Below are positions 45,722 to 56,065 of a DNA stretch of 64,000 bases, piece after piece (position 1 is the first letter of the stretch; each line of letters begins with the position of its first letter). A program made the position numbers and the translations under genes. The notes beneath the pieces are model-generated. The model was not told the origin of the DNA, did not search any database, and saw only the letters and a program-made list of their open reading frames with translations. Source of the stretch: Poseidonia sp. (GTDB lineage Archaea; Thermoplasmatota; Poseidoniia; Poseidoniales; Poseidoniaceae); contig CBFIDD010000002.1 in NCBI GenBank assembly GCA_965661285.1, positions 64,001 through 128,000 of the forward strand. The letters run 5' to 3'.

Positions 45722-47611
45722 ATGCCTTCGGAGGATGCCATTCCCGCCACGTTGGTTGAGTCCAGCCGCACATCCGTTTCGCGAGACTTCAATCTTGTCC
45801 TGGGTTCAACCCTTGCTGTCGCTTTGATTTTCCTATTTGTTTCCGCCGTTTTTGGCGATGCGCTGGTCAACATGGTTGTTGACGATGACGAGGCCACAGG
45901 GGTTCGTGTTCCGGTATGGGAGCGATACACATTACCCTACGAGACCAGTGGGGATTTCGGCGTTGCTCTTGAGGTAGGAGCTTACGAAATCCTCCCAACA
46001 GAAAACGCCTGGAATTCAACCCATCATTTTGTTGAGTACACGCTTCCAATCGAGGAGGGCGGCGCTGCACCAAACGGTCTCATCAGCCTCGCTGTATGGA
46101 GGCCGAATGTTCCCGATGGCGTCAAAGTCCCCGTTATCGCAGAAAGCGGCCCGTATTTCCAAGAGGCCAGTGTAGAAACGCCCTCTATTGAGGTCCCCGG
46201 AAGTTGGCTCGGCCAGATGTTCATTGACCAAATCCTGCCGCACGGCTATGCCTTCGCCCAAATATCGGTATCCGGAACTGGACGTAGCAACCACTGCATG
46301 GATTTGATGGGCAACGCAGAACAACTTGGGAACGATGCTGCAGTACGATGGCTTGGAGAGCAAAGTTGGTCAAACGGTGCCGTGGCTCTGATCGGAAAAT
46401 CCTACGACGGGAGCACGCCTTGGCAAGCCGCCATGTTTGGCTCCGAACACGATTATCTAAAGACCATCGTCCCTATTTCCGGCCTCATCGGTGTCAAGGA
46501 ATTGATGTGGAAAAACGGCTCGTCCGAAGCCAGAGCCCCCATCATGCACAACGGCGTGTACGGATCCTACGGCATCGATGGCGATGAGGAGGATTATCAG
46601 AACGCCTGTCCAGATTACATCATTGGGCCGGGCACCGGTGTCAGCGCCTACATGTTTGGCTCAGAAGTGGCAGGAACCTATTGGGAAGAGCGCTACTTCC
46701 TTGACCGCGTGCTTGAGAATTACAAGGGAAGCGTGTACCTCATTCAGGGCATGCACGACTGGAACGTCGACCCACACATGGCTGTTCCAACCATCAATCG
46801 GCTCATCGATGCTGGCATTGATGCGCGAGGATTGTTTGGCCAGTGGGACCACGATTATCCGGACCGTCCGGTTCAGCTTGACGACCGTTCCGACTTGGGC
46901 GGGAGAGGGGGCGAGGCTTTTCCTGAGATGATACGATTTGATTGGATGCAAGACATGCTCGAATGGTTTGACTACTACCTCAAGGGCGAAGGCGAACAAC
47001 CCGGGCAATGGATCGAGATTCAATCAAACCAGGGTTCTTGGCGTATTGAAGAGCGTTACCCCGCATCCGATGTTGTCGCTCAGTCCTTTGAATTGGGTGC
47101 AGATATGGCTAACATCGGTGGGTCGACCACGGTGTTGCCCGACGCATCATCCGGTCCAGTCTGGGAAACACCCCCGCTGGAAAACGACCTCTACTTTGGC
47201 GGCCTGCCCCGTCTCCACGTTGACGTCACGACGGCGACCGTTGGCGGTCAACTCTATGCTCTGTTGGAAGATTGCGACGACCAGAGCAATTGTATCCACC
47301 TCGGCCACGCCATCATGGACCTTCGATACCATGCAGGCGGTGATGAAATCCAAACGTGGACACCTGTCCTTGAAACCATCAACGCCAAGATGGAATTCTT
47401 TGCGATGGATGCCGAGGTGCAAGCGGGCCATACCCTGCGCCTTTCGCTTCGCTCAACGGGCGAGGACTACCTGCCAGCAAGCACCTCTTCGATGGTCTTT
47501 ATCCAAGAGGGTACCAGTTCGACGCTCCAAATCGACACGTTTGACCCTGCGGAACGACGTTATTTCACGCCCCCTGTTTGCACCCACGAACGCTGTCTTC
47601 AGGCAGCATAG
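45722..47611 (+). CDS. CocE/NonD / X-Pro dipeptidyl-peptidase (S15) family hydrolase, membrane-anchored
   Basis: GKSYDG nucleophile motif, QGMHDWNV, GQWDH; N-terminal TM. Confidence 0.88.
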   Translation: MPSEDAIPATLVESSRTSVSRDFNLVLGSTLAVALIFLFVSAVFGDALVNMVVDDDEATGVRVPVWERYTLPYETSGDFGVALEVGAYEILPTENAWNSTHHFVEYTLPIEEGGAAPNGLISLAVWRPNVPDGVKVPVIAESGPYFQEASVETPSIEVPGSWLGQMFIDQILPHGYAFAQISVSGTGRSNHCMDLMGNAEQLGNDAAVRWLGEQSWSNGAVALIGKSYDGSTPWQAAMFGSEHDYLKTIVPISGLIGVKELMWKNGSSEARAPIMHNGVYGSYGIDGDEEDYQNACPDYIIGPGTGVSAYMFGSEVAGTYWEERYFLDRVLENYKGSVYLIQGMHDWNVDPHMAVPTINRLIDAGIDARGLFGQWDHDYPDRPVQLDDRSDLGGRGGEAFPEMIRFDWMQDMLEWFDYYLKGEGEQPGQWIEIQSNQGSWRIEERYPASDVVAQSFELGADMANIGGSTTVLPDASSGPVWETPPLENDLYFGGLPRLHVDVTTATVGGQLYALLEDCDDQSNCIHLGHAIMDLRYHAGGDEIQTWTPVLETINAKMEFFAMDAEVQAGHTLRLSLRSTGEDYLPASTSSMVFIQEGTSSTLQIDTFDPAERRYFTPPVCTHERCLQAA

Positions 47612-48855
47612 GGCATCAGTCGAGGGGTTTCTGGCTTCCAAAGTGAAAACATGAGGCCTGAAACCATCATGATGCTCGAAAAGAGCAAGATGCCGTTTCG
47701 AATGCCCAGGTCCGTATTTTCCATGAGGTAACCAGCCACGCTTGTCGACGTTGAAAACGCCACGGAGAGAATGAGCATGTCGACCGAAAAGACGCGGCCG
47801 CGGACTTCGTCTTCGACCCACTGCTGCATCATCACCGTTGACAGAACCCAGTTCGCTCCGCTTGCACAATGAGCGAGGACGACCAAAACAACCGTTATCC
47901 ATAATGCGTAGGGGACACTCAGTCCCACGCAGAAGTAGATGGCGCCAGAAAGCATGACGAGGTAGCCAACAAGGCTGGGCCATAAGGCTTCATTTTGGAA
48001 AAAGGCGCGAGCGGCAATGGGTCCAAGGCCGGTCCCCACGCCACGGGCGAAGAAAAACAAGCCAAACCCGAAAGCAGCTCCAAATCCTTGGACATCGGCT
48101 CCCATCAGCACCAAATACACGCCAGCGAGGCCGCCACCAGCGACATTCCACGATGCTTTGGCAAAGACAATCCGGAACAGGGAAGGTTGGCTTCTGATCC
48201 GTACCCAGCCTCGTTTGATGTTGGCGATGGCCGTGGAAAACCAGGGACCCTTCATCGATTCCTCAATGGTCTGGGGCAAATCGAGTTTGATGAGGAAGAG
48301 CGTGCCAAACAGGAACGTGATGGAATCAACGATGAACGCTGCATTAGTCCCCCAAATAGAAACAACAACGCCGCCCAGCATGGCGCCGATGCACAATGCG
48401 GTGGACCATGAAGCCGCATCAAGTGCATTGGCGGTCGCCAAATCTTCCTCGGACACCACGTTGGGAAGGGATGCTCGTTCGGCCGTCATGTAGACGCCAT
48501 GCAGGGCCATCATTACGCCCGACAGGCCAATCATCCAGACAATATCACTCGAATCGTTGACCAGAAGGAAGAGAAGGGCGAAGCCCGCTTGGAGAAGATT
48601 TGAGACGATCATCAGCATCTTTCGATTGAACCGGTCGGCCATCAAGCCGATGAAGGGTTGAAGAATAGCAAAACCGGCCATTCGCACAGTAAACAGGAGA
48701 CCGAGGAGAAATTCACTACCCGTATACTCCAGGATGAGAAAAAACAAGGCGATGGTGTTGAACCATTCACCCAACATCGAGATGACGGCGGCGATCCACA
48801 ACCGTCGAAATTCACGGTTCTCACGCACGAGTTGCACGTAGGTGCGCGAGGCCAT
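47599..48855 (-). CDS. MFS transporter
   Basis: FRRLW, GLMADRFNRK (motif A), VRGRVFS, about 12 TM helices; TGATG coupling with the FdhF-family gene. Confidence 0.92.
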   Translation of the reverse strand: MASRTYVQLVRENREFRRLWIAAVISMLGEWFNTIALFFLILEYTGSEFLLGLLFTVRMAGFAILQPFIGLMADRFNRKMLMIVSNLLQAGFALLFLLVNDSSDIVWMIGLSGVMMALHGVYMTAERASLPNVVSEEDLATANALDAASWSTALCIGAMLGGVVVSIWGTNAAFIVDSITFLFGTLFLIKLDLPQTIEESMKGPWFSTAIANIKRGWVRIRSQPSLFRIVFAKASWNVAGGGLAGVYLVLMGADVQGFGAAFGFGLFFFARGVGTGLGPIAARAFFQNEALWPSLVGYLVMLSGAIYFCVGLSVPYALWITVVLVVLAHCASGANWVLSTVMMQQWVEDEVRGRVFSVDMLILSVAFSTSTSVAGYLMENTDLGIRNGILLFSSIMMVSGLMFSLWKPETPRLMPYAA

Positions 48856-51161
48856 CACTCCTCCTCCGCGGTCGTTGATGTGTCGTGGAGTGTACAAACA
48901 ATCCACTTTGATGTTGGCGTGTTGGAGACCGCAGCGGTTGAGGTGAGAGGAACCAGGCTGTTGGCTTCCGGGAAGTATGCAGCAAGATTTCCTCGTGGAA
49001 TCTCATAGGGGACGAGAAGCCAATCCTCTGAATGGCGTTGTTCGCCGTTGAAATGACTGGTGATGGATACCGATTGCCTTGACTTCCAACCGCGTTCCAC
49101 CATGTCGTCTGCATTCATGAACAGAACACGACGGTGTCCCCGAACCCCACGATATCGGTCGTTGAGGCCGTAGATGGTGGTGTTGTACTGGTCATGACTT
49201 CGCAGGGTCATCAACACATACTGGTCGCTTCCAACGTGAACATCCGGCAGAAGATGGGTTGTGAACTGGGCTTTTCCACTTGGTGTATCGAAGGATTGCG
49301 TGTCTTTGGGAGGGTTCGGCAAGGCAAACCCACCCGGCACGCGGACACGTTCGTTGTAATCCTCAAATCCAATGAGAGACCGCTCCATCAAGGCACGAAT
49401 GTGGTCGTAGTTCTCAACCATCAGACTCCAATCCAAATGTTGGTCGCCAAGGGTTGCCATGGCGAGTTGTCCGACAATCCATGGTTCACTTCTCAAATGC
49501 GGGGATGCGGGCGTCAAACCGCCCCGAGAAAGGTGCACCTGGCCCATCGAATTTTCAACGCTCACAACTTGCTCACCCGATGATTGCATGTCCAACTCTG
49601 TTCTTCCAAGGCACGGTAGAATGAGGGCTTCTTTGCCGGTCACCAAGTGAGAACGGTTGAGTTTGGTGGATACCTGGACGGTGAGGTCCACGGATTCAAT
49701 GGCCTTCGCCGTTCGGTCAGTATCGGGAGTTGCGGATAGAAAATTACCTCCCATGCAGAAAAACACACGAACGTCACCTGCAAGCATCGCTTGGATAGCA
49801 TGCACCACATCATAGCCGTGTTGACGCGGCAATTCAAACCCAAGCCCGACCTCCATTTTGTCGAGGAAGCCTTTACTCGGGGCCTCCCAAATGCCAACGG
49901 TTCGGTCGCCTTGGACATTGGAATGGCCACGAACAGGACACAAACCTGCACCTTTTCGACCAATGTGGCCGTTAAGGAGCAGGAGATTGACGACCTCCTG
50001 AATGACCGCAACACCGTTTCGATGTTGGGTGAGTCCCATGGCCCAGCACGCAATCGTGGCCTTTGAGGATGCCAACATGTTAGCCGCTTGATGAATGTCA
50101 TCTTTTGATAGCCCAGAATCGCGCACAATGGCATCCCATGATACGCTTTGAGCTGCCTCTTTCATTGACTCAAACCCTTCGGTTTTCTCATCGATGAACG
50201 ACTTGTCAATGGCGCCGGCTTGAATTTGGAGTTTGATCAGGCCCTTCATGAGCGCCGCATCACCGCCAATGCGGACTGGAAGGTGAAGGTCGGCGAGTTT
50301 GGTCGTTTTGAGATTCGCTTTCATGTAATCCTGGGGATGTTTAAATCGATTGAGCCCAGCCTCTGGAAGGGGGTTCACGTGGATAATGCGGGCTCCCTTT
50401 TCCTTTGCATCTCGCAGCGCCGTCAGCATACGCGGGTGATTCGTACCCGGATTTTGACCAATGACAAGAATCACATCGGCGTGGTTGAAGTCCTCAAGAG
50501 ATACCGTGCCTTTCCCGATACCGATGGTTTGACCAAGGCCCTTACCGCTGGATTCATGGCACATGTTTGAACAATCAGGCAGATTATTCGTTCCAAATGC
50601 ACGAACAAACGCCTGGTAGAGGAAGGCGGCTTCATTGCTTGTGCGTCCGGACGTATAGAAGACAGCATCGTGGGGCGAATCGCATGCATGAAGAGCGGTT
50701 GCGATCCGTTCAAACGCCGCTTCCCAAGAAATGGACGTGTAGTTTGAAGCATGCGGTGCAAGATAGACTGGGTGAGATATTCTACCAAGGTTATTGAGTT
50801 GAAAATCACTCATCTCGGCAAGGTCTTGAACAGTATGTTGACGAAGAAATTCGGGTGTCACCCTCGCTTTCATGGCCTCATCGGCCACAGCCTTGGCACC
50901 GTTCTCGCAAAATTCGAAGGTCGTTCGGTGGGCCGGGTCTGGCCATGCACACCCAGGGCAATCAAATCCGGCCTTTTGATTCACCATCGTGAGGGTCTTC
51001 ACCGTTTTCACAGGCCCCATTTTTTTCAAACCGTGAAGGGCAGAAGATGTCACTGCGGGTAAGCCAGCCGCCTTTTTTTTCGGTTTTGACAGCTTCAAAG
51101 CAACCCGGTCGGGAGGCGTCCGTGCACGTGGGCTTGGCCGAATGATAACGCCTCCAACCAT
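48855..51161 (-). CDS. FdhF/YdeP family molybdopterin oxidoreductase
   Basis: GFDCPGCAWPD, EFCENGAKA, YTSGRTSNE, PDCSNMCHE, RGHSNVQGDR, RSHDQYNTT; start uncertain. Confidence 0.92.
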   Translation of the reverse strand: MVGGVIIRPSPRARTPPDRVALKLSKPKKKAAGLPAVTSSALHGLKKMGPVKTVKTLTMVNQKAGFDCPGCAWPDPAHRTTFEFCENGAKAVADEAMKARVTPEFLRQHTVQDLAEMSDFQLNNLGRISHPVYLAPHASNYTSISWEAAFERIATALHACDSPHDAVFYTSGRTSNEAAFLYQAFVRAFGTNNLPDCSNMCHESSGKGLGQTIGIGKGTVSLEDFNHADVILVIGQNPGTNHPRMLTALRDAKEKGARIIHVNPLPEAGLNRFKHPQDYMKANLKTTKLADLHLPVRIGGDAALMKGLIKLQIQAGAIDKSFIDEKTEGFESMKEAAQSVSWDAIVRDSGLSKDDIHQAANMLASSKATIACWAMGLTQHRNGVAVIQEVVNLLLLNGHIGRKGAGLCPVRGHSNVQGDRTVGIWEAPSKGFLDKMEVGLGFELPRQHGYDVVHAIQAMLAGDVRVFFCMGGNFLSATPDTDRTAKAIESVDLTVQVSTKLNRSHLVTGKEALILPCLGRTELDMQSSGEQVVSVENSMGQVHLSRGGLTPASPHLRSEPWIVGQLAMATLGDQHLDWSLMVENYDHIRALMERSLIGFEDYNERVRVPGGFALPNPPKDTQSFDTPSGKAQFTTHLLPDVHVGSDQYVLMTLRSHDQYNTTIYGLNDRYRGVRGHRRVLFMNADDMVERGWKSRQSVSITSHFNGEQRHSEDWLLVPYEIPRGNLAAYFPEANSLVPLTSTAAVSNTPTSKWIVCTLHDTSTTAEEE

Positions 51162-51180
51162 GTGGCGGGCACTGCCCTTC

Positions 51181-51975
51181 TCAATGGTTCCGATGCAATC
51201 GGCCGTCAACAGCACCAATTACGACCGCTCGACCGTCTTTGGCGAAGGCCACCAGCGTCATGTTCGATGCCCTTGCGGTGGTAGCAGCTAAACTCGATGC
51301 TGCACCGATTGAGGCGATGATTGGGATGTTCATGCTGGCAGCTTTTGCAACGATGTCCCAACCACATCGACCCGACAAAAGAAGTGCAGCAGGGCGCACA
51401 TCTGTGTCTGACATGAGCATGGAGCCAATCGTTTTGTCGACGGCGTTGTGGCGCCCAATATCCTCTTTGACCAAAAACAGGGATGAATCTGCAAAAAGAA
51501 GACCTGCAGCATGCATACCACCCGTGAGGCGAAAGCCAGGCTGTTGTTCGCGCATGCGCTCAAGCCCATCGATCAGTTCATCAACGGAGAGAGATGGCTC
51601 GCTTTTCGAAACGATGGGCGTTTGTTCGACGAGGGTACTGAGTTGATGTTGCTCACAGCCTCCGCAAGAGGTGGTGACGACGGTGTTCCGTGAGGATAAA
51701 TGATCGACATGTTCCAACTCCACATGAATCGTGAATTCCTCCCCTGCAGTTGAAATCTGGATTTGGTGGCCACCTTGAGGAGGATTGATGTTGTATTCTG
51801 TCCGCAAGTGGCCTGTAGCTAATTCGGAGAGATCTTCTGGTGATGCCAGTAAACTCGTCAGGTGTGCATCGTTGACGTGAATGTGGATGAGGCATTCGGA
51901 TGCGACGGTTTCTCCCGCAAGGTCGATGGCCCCGTTCTCAAACCGATGAACCGGCGCATTGGATGTATTGTTCAC
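51181..51975 (-). CDS. fdhD: Formate dehydrogenase accessory sulfurtransferase FdhD
   Basis: TSCGGC, TGGMHAA, EDIGRHNAVDK, SGR. Confidence 0.93.
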   Translation of the reverse strand: MNNTSNAPVHRFENGAIDLAGETVASECLIHIHVNDAHLTSLLASPEDLSELATGHLRTEYNINPPQGGHQIQISTAGEEFTIHVELEHVDHLSSRNTVVTTSCGGCEQHQLSTLVEQTPIVSKSEPSLSVDELIDGLERMREQQPGFRLTGGMHAAGLLFADSSLFLVKEDIGRHNAVDKTIGSMLMSDTDVRPAALLLSGRCGWDIVAKAASMNIPIIASIGAASSLAATTARASNMTLVAFAKDGRAVVIGAVDGRLHRNH

Positions 51976-52532
51976 GCATCATCACCGTCCTCAAGAAGAT
52001 GGTCAAGGTCAAAAAATTCAAATTGCAGTCCAACCAACTCTCCGCTTGTCGACGCTCCAGCATAGGCGTCAAGCGGCTCCTGATTCAACTCCAAAAAACG
52101 CTGACCCCAGCGAAACGCTCCGAGCAGTTCTTTCGCCTGGTCTTGACGGCCCATCAGGTAGAGCACGGCCGCCAGCGCTTCAGCGGTGGTTAATTTACCA
52201 GGTTTCCCCCAATTGACGGGGTTTGCCGCAAGAAGTAAAGGAAGCATGCGAGGCTGGAGGCGAGTACGTTTCATCACCGTCTCAACCGAGGATTCAATCT
52301 GGGCCCAACTGCAGTCAAGGCCAACCAACGCACCGTGTTGTTCTTTGAGAAGAGCGTGGTCTTCCGGGCCAAACACTTTCCCGCAGAGCGGTTCGAGAAT
52401 GATGCCTTTTTTGGGCAGGGATTTTATGGATTTGTGCAGCCGTAAATCTCCGCGTTTTGAGGCGAGAACGGCCGTGTTTTTTTTCGGGTCGTCCTGAGCC
52501 AGCCAAAGGGCGTGTACGGCGATGGGGCGCAC
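51972..52532 (-). CDS. tsr3: rRNA aminocarboxypropyltransferase Tsr3 (DUF367)
   Basis: QDDPKKNTA, LDCSW, RMLPLLLAANPVNWGKP.KL..AEA, F.WG..FL.LN. Confidence 0.92.
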   Translation of the reverse strand: MRPIAVHALWLAQDDPKKNTAVLASKRGDLRLHKSIKSLPKKGIILEPLCGKVFGPEDHALLKEQHGALVGLDCSWAQIESSVETVMKRTRLQPRMLPLLLAANPVNWGKPGKLTTAEALAAVLYLMGRQDQAKELLGAFRWGQRFLELNQEPLDAYAGASTSGELVGLQFEFFDLDHLLEDGDDA

Positions 52533-52536
52533 GCCA

Positions 52537-53019
52537 TCACCTCAGGTCGTTGAAGTAATCACCAAAGGTCATGCCTCGGGAAGGGCCGGCATTCACGTGC
52601 CGGGATTCCTCGGCTGTTCGCTCAACCATGAGCTTGATATTGAGAACACGTTCAAATTTCTTTACGACGGCGTCTGTCGGTTGCTTCCCAGATTCTGCTG
52701 CTTTGACGACGTTGACCGTCTCAGCCATTTTCTTGGCCAGTTGTTGCTGCGACCATTGCCGGCTACTGCGGGCGTTGGCGATTCGCTTGTGAAAATCACC
52801 AGCCAGTTCCGTTTCACCACGGGCCATGATGCTGTTTTTTCTCTTGCGCACCGAGGGTGCTGAGGCAAAGGAGCGAGAGCGTTTGATGCCGGGTGCTTCC
52901 GTCTTTGGTGCGAGGTTCATTTTTTCAACACAGCGTGCGCAAGCAGCCACTTCTGTTTTGCCGGTTCGAACACGCTTGACACCGACTTTTACTGCGCCAC
53001 AGAGTTCACATTCGCCCAT
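52537..53019 (-). CDS. Archaeal multiprotein bridging factor aMBF1
   Basis: N-terminal CELCG..CARC zinc ribbon, Cro-like HTH (WSQQQLAKK), TFGD; divergent from PAN. Confidence 0.9.
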   Translation of the reverse strand: MGECELCGAVKVGVKRVRTGKTEVAACARCVEKMNLAPKTEAPGIKRSRSFASAPSVRKRKNSIMARGETELAGDFHKRIANARSSRQWSQQQLAKKMAETVNVVKAAESGKQPTDAVVKKFERVLNIKLMVERTAEESRHVNAGPSRGMTFGDYFNDLR

Positions 53020-53044
53020 GATACCAAACCTCCGGTCACGCTAA

Positions 53045-53049
53045 TTGAA
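53045..53049 (-). promoter_or_regulatory. TTCAA element at the TATA-box position of the aMBF1 operon
   Basis: TTCAA begins 30 nt upstream of ATG 53019. Confidence 0.5.
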
Positions 53050-53126
53050 CCCTTTGTTGTGTGAAACAAAGACCTGTGGCCCACATAGACCTTATACACA
53101 GTCGCCTCTTGGTTAACGTGATACTC

Positions 53127-54347
53127 ATGGGGACAGAGGTTGAACGTAACGACACCGACCTGCCCAACACGACGGAGGATGAACTCCGTTCCCTTGAGGA
53201 AGCCTACACTGACCTTCGGGAAGAAACGCAACAACTCATCAATGAGCGCACGACGCTCGAGGCGGAAATGCGCCAATTAAGGAAGCGAATTGAGCGCCTC
53301 GACGAGAACGTCAATTTGCTCAAAATGCCTCCACTCATCGTCGGCCATATTCAGGATATTCTCGACCATGAACGAGCGATCGTCCGGTCGTCCAACGGGA
53401 CCGTGTTTCAGGTCTCACTCAACCAACGCCTCGAACCTGACAAACTCAAGCCGGGTACGCGTGTCGCCTTGAACCAAGACAGCCTTTCGGTCGTTGAGGT
53501 TCTCCACGAGGCATGGGACCCAATGGTCAGCGGTGCAGAAATGGTCGAGAAACCGACCATCACCTATGCCGATGTCGCAGGTCTTGACGAACAGGTTGAA
53601 TCTGTTCGCGAAGCGATTGAATTGCCCCTTGTCAAGCCCGAACTCTTCGAAAAAGTCGGCATTGTACCTCCAAAAGGGGTGCTCTTGGTCGGCCCACCGG
53701 GCTGTGGAAAGACCTTGCTTGCCAAAGCCGTGGCAAACCACACAGAGGCTACGTTCATTCGGATGGTCGGGAGTGAACTTGCCCAGAAATACATTGGCGA
53801 AGGCGGCAGAATGGTGAGGGAATTGTTTTCTCTGGCAAAAGAAAAGGCACCCAGTGTGATTTTCTTGGATGAAATTGATGCCATCGGTGCCAAACGGCTG
53901 GACGGGTCAACGAGCGGTGATAGGGAAGTTCAACGAACCCTGATGCAATTGCTCGCAGAACTTGACGGATTTGACGCGCTTCAAGATGTCAAAATCATTG
54001 CAGCCACCAATCGCCCAGACATTCTCGACGATGCCCTCCTGCGACCCGGTAGATTTGACCGGGTCATCGAAATTCCAATTCCTGACGATGCATCTCGAAA
54101 GGCCATATTGAAAGTCCACCTTGACAGCATGAGCACAAAGAAAGTCACCCTTGGACGTATCGTGGACCGCACCAAAGGTTACTCCGGAGCCGAACTCAAT
54201 GCAACATGTGTCGAGGCTGGTATGATTGCGATTCGGGACGGGCGCTCGGCCGTAACCCACCAAGATATGGTGGAAGCCATTTCACGACTTGACAAGAAGC
54301 GGTCGCAGGGCACACAGGTTCGGTCGCCCGAAGCCCTGTATTCATGA
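53127..54347 (+). CDS. pan: Proteasome-activating nucleotidase
   Basis: Coiled coil, OB domain, GPPGCGKT, KYIGEG, FLDEID, DREVQRT, RPGRFDR, C-terminal HbYX (Leu-Tyr-Ser). Confidence 0.96.
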   Translation: MGTEVERNDTDLPNTTEDELRSLEEAYTDLREETQQLINERTTLEAEMRQLRKRIERLDENVNLLKMPPLIVGHIQDILDHERAIVRSSNGTVFQVSLNQRLEPDKLKPGTRVALNQDSLSVVEVLHEAWDPMVSGAEMVEKPTITYADVAGLDEQVESVREAIELPLVKPELFEKVGIVPPKGVLLVGPPGCGKTLLAKAVANHTEATFIRMVGSELAQKYIGEGGRMVRELFSLAKEKAPSVIFLDEIDAIGAKRLDGSTSGDREVQRTLMQLLAELDGFDALQDVKIIAATNRPDILDDALLRPGRFDRVIEIPIPDDASRKAILKVHLDSMSTKKVTLGRIVDRTKGYSGAELNATCVEAGMIAIRDGRSAVTHQDMVEAISRLDKKRSQGTQVRSPEALYS

Positions 54348-54363
54348 TGTTAAACAAAGAACA

Positions 54364-54368
54364 TTCAA
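54364..54368 (+). promoter_or_regulatory. TTCAA element at the TATA-box position of the formiminotransferase gene
   Basis: TTCAA begins 29 nt upstream of ATG 54393. Confidence 0.5.
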
Positions 54369-54392
54369 AGACCCAATGCAAAGGCACTGGGC

Positions 54393-55439
54393 ATGGTTTC
54401 CAAACTTGTAGAATGTGTCCCGAATATCTCCGAGGGTCGAGACCAAGAAAAAATCGCCCTCATCGTCGACGCTGTTCGAAACACCCCCGGGTGCACCGTC
54501 TTGGGTGTTGAACCAGACCATGATTATCATCGAACCGTGATCACCTTTGCTGGCGCGCCTGATGATGTTGCTGCTGGTGCCGTGGCGCTCATCGAAGCAA
54601 GCATTGAACACCTCGACATGCAAAGGCACCATGGTGAACATCCTCGCCTCGGCGTCGTTGATGTGTGTCCTTTCGTCCCGCTACAAAATGTATCAATGGA
54701 AGAATGCGCGGATATTGCTCGAGACGTTGTGAACACGATTGCGCAGCGACACGATGTGCCTCTGTTCCTCTATGGAGCAGCTGCCGAAACAACGCAACGT
54801 CGAATGTTATCCGACCTGCGTCGAGGCGAGTACGAAGGTCTTGAGGCAAGACTTACAGATGGCGAAACAATGCACTTGGATGCCACCCGCTACCCCGATG
54901 CTGGGGGGCGACAGTGGACGCCTCTGGTGGCGCGGAGTGGAGGCATCACGGTTGGCGCACGACCCATTCTTGTGGCCTACAACGTGAATGTTGAGGAAAA
55001 GGACGCCACGGTTGCAAAGAAAATAGGTTCCATCGTACGCACAAGTGGACGTCTTCTCAAATCACCACAGGGCGGGAAAATTCGTTCCGGTGGGATGCTT
55101 CCCAAGGTCCAAGGCATGGGTGTGCCCGTAGAGGAACTCGGTATTTCTCAGGTGTCCATGAATCTCCTCGATGTTGACCTCTGCCCACTCCATTTGGCCT
55201 TCAAAACATGCGAGAGTTTGGCCTCAGACCACAACACCGCACTCTGCGGCAGTGAAATTGTCGGCCTTGTCCCCCTCTCCGCTATGCTCAACGCGGGTCA
55301 ATTCTTCATGCCGGATGAAGAGGACGAGGACGAGCTTGTCGCAGCAGCGGTCCAATCACTTGGTTTGAACGCACATCATGATTTTGACCCGCAGCGCCAT
55401 ATCATTGAATGGGCGCTTGCCAACGGGGTGAGCCAATGA
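54393..55439 (+). CDS. ftcD: Glutamate formimidoyltransferase
   Basis: VECVPNISEGR, DYHRTV, GEHPRLG..DVCPF, GAR..LVAYNVN, QVSMNL, GSEIVGL. Confidence 0.93.
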   Translation: MVSKLVECVPNISEGRDQEKIALIVDAVRNTPGCTVLGVEPDHDYHRTVITFAGAPDDVAAGAVALIEASIEHLDMQRHHGEHPRLGVVDVCPFVPLQNVSMEECADIARDVVNTIAQRHDVPLFLYGAAAETTQRRMLSDLRRGEYEGLEARLTDGETMHLDATRYPDAGGRQWTPLVARSGGITVGARPILVAYNVNVEEKDATVAKKIGSIVRTSGRLLKSPQGGKIRSGGMLPKVQGMGVPVEELGISQVSMNLLDVDLCPLHLAFKTCESLASDHNTALCGSEIVGLVPLSAMLNAGQFFMPDEEDEDELVAAAVQSLGLNAHHDFDPQRHIIEWALANGVSQ

Positions 55440-56065
55440 ATTGGATGGACATGACATTGCGGGAATTTCAGGCGGCTTTGGCCTCATCTTCGCCCACGCC
55501 TGGCGGCGGAACCGCAGCGGCAGTGGCCTTGGGACAAGCAGCCTCCCTCGCCGTCATGGTATGTGATTTAACACTCGGTAAGGAAAAATGGTCGAGTGGA
55601 TGGGGCCATGCTCATGCAACCCAATCCGTAGCCATACCGATGTTGAACCGTGCTGGAGAACTTGCAACAGAGGACAGTGATGCCTTTGATGCGGTGATGG
55701 ATGGATTTGCGAGTCCCAAAGAAACGGAAGAAGAAAAAGCATCACGTCGAACAGCCATTCGTTCGGCAACCTTGCGAGCTGCTGAAGTACCGTTTGAGAC
55801 CGCCATGCTCGCACAATCCCTGCTCAACCATCTTCCTGAATTGGCTCGGACAGGAAATGCGAATGCTGTCTCCGATGTTGGCGTAGCGGGCTTGCTCGCA
55901 AGCGCCGCGGGGAAAGGAGCCATCTTCAACGTGGAAATCAACCTCAGCGCCCTACCGGACGATCACGGCGTTGAACTACGGGGTCAATTGGATGCTCTCA
56001 AGGAAAACATCCGGCTCGCATCCCGGGCGGTCATGGATGCCGTTCGCAACCGCATGGAAGCGTAA
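55436..56065 (+). CDS. Formiminotetrahydrofolate cyclodeaminase / cyclohydrolase
   Basis: SPTPGGG, D..AF, GNANAVSD, NVEINL; ATGA overlap with ftcD. Confidence 0.92.
   Translation: MNWMDMTLREFQAALASSSPTPGGGTAAAVALGQAASLAVMVCDLTLGKEKWSSGWGHAHATQSVAIPMLNRAGELATEDSDAFDAVMDGFASPKETEEEKASRRTAIRSATLRAAEVPFETAMLAQSLLNHLPELARTGNANAVSDVGVAGLLASAAGKGAIFNVEINLSALPDDHGVELRGQLDALKENIRLASRAVMDAVRNRMEA

Noticed and set aside
25426-51161. Selenocysteine recoding in MsrB or in the FdhF-family enzyme
   Set aside because: Both active-site positions are Cys codons (RYCINS, NMCHE) in uninterrupted ORFs.
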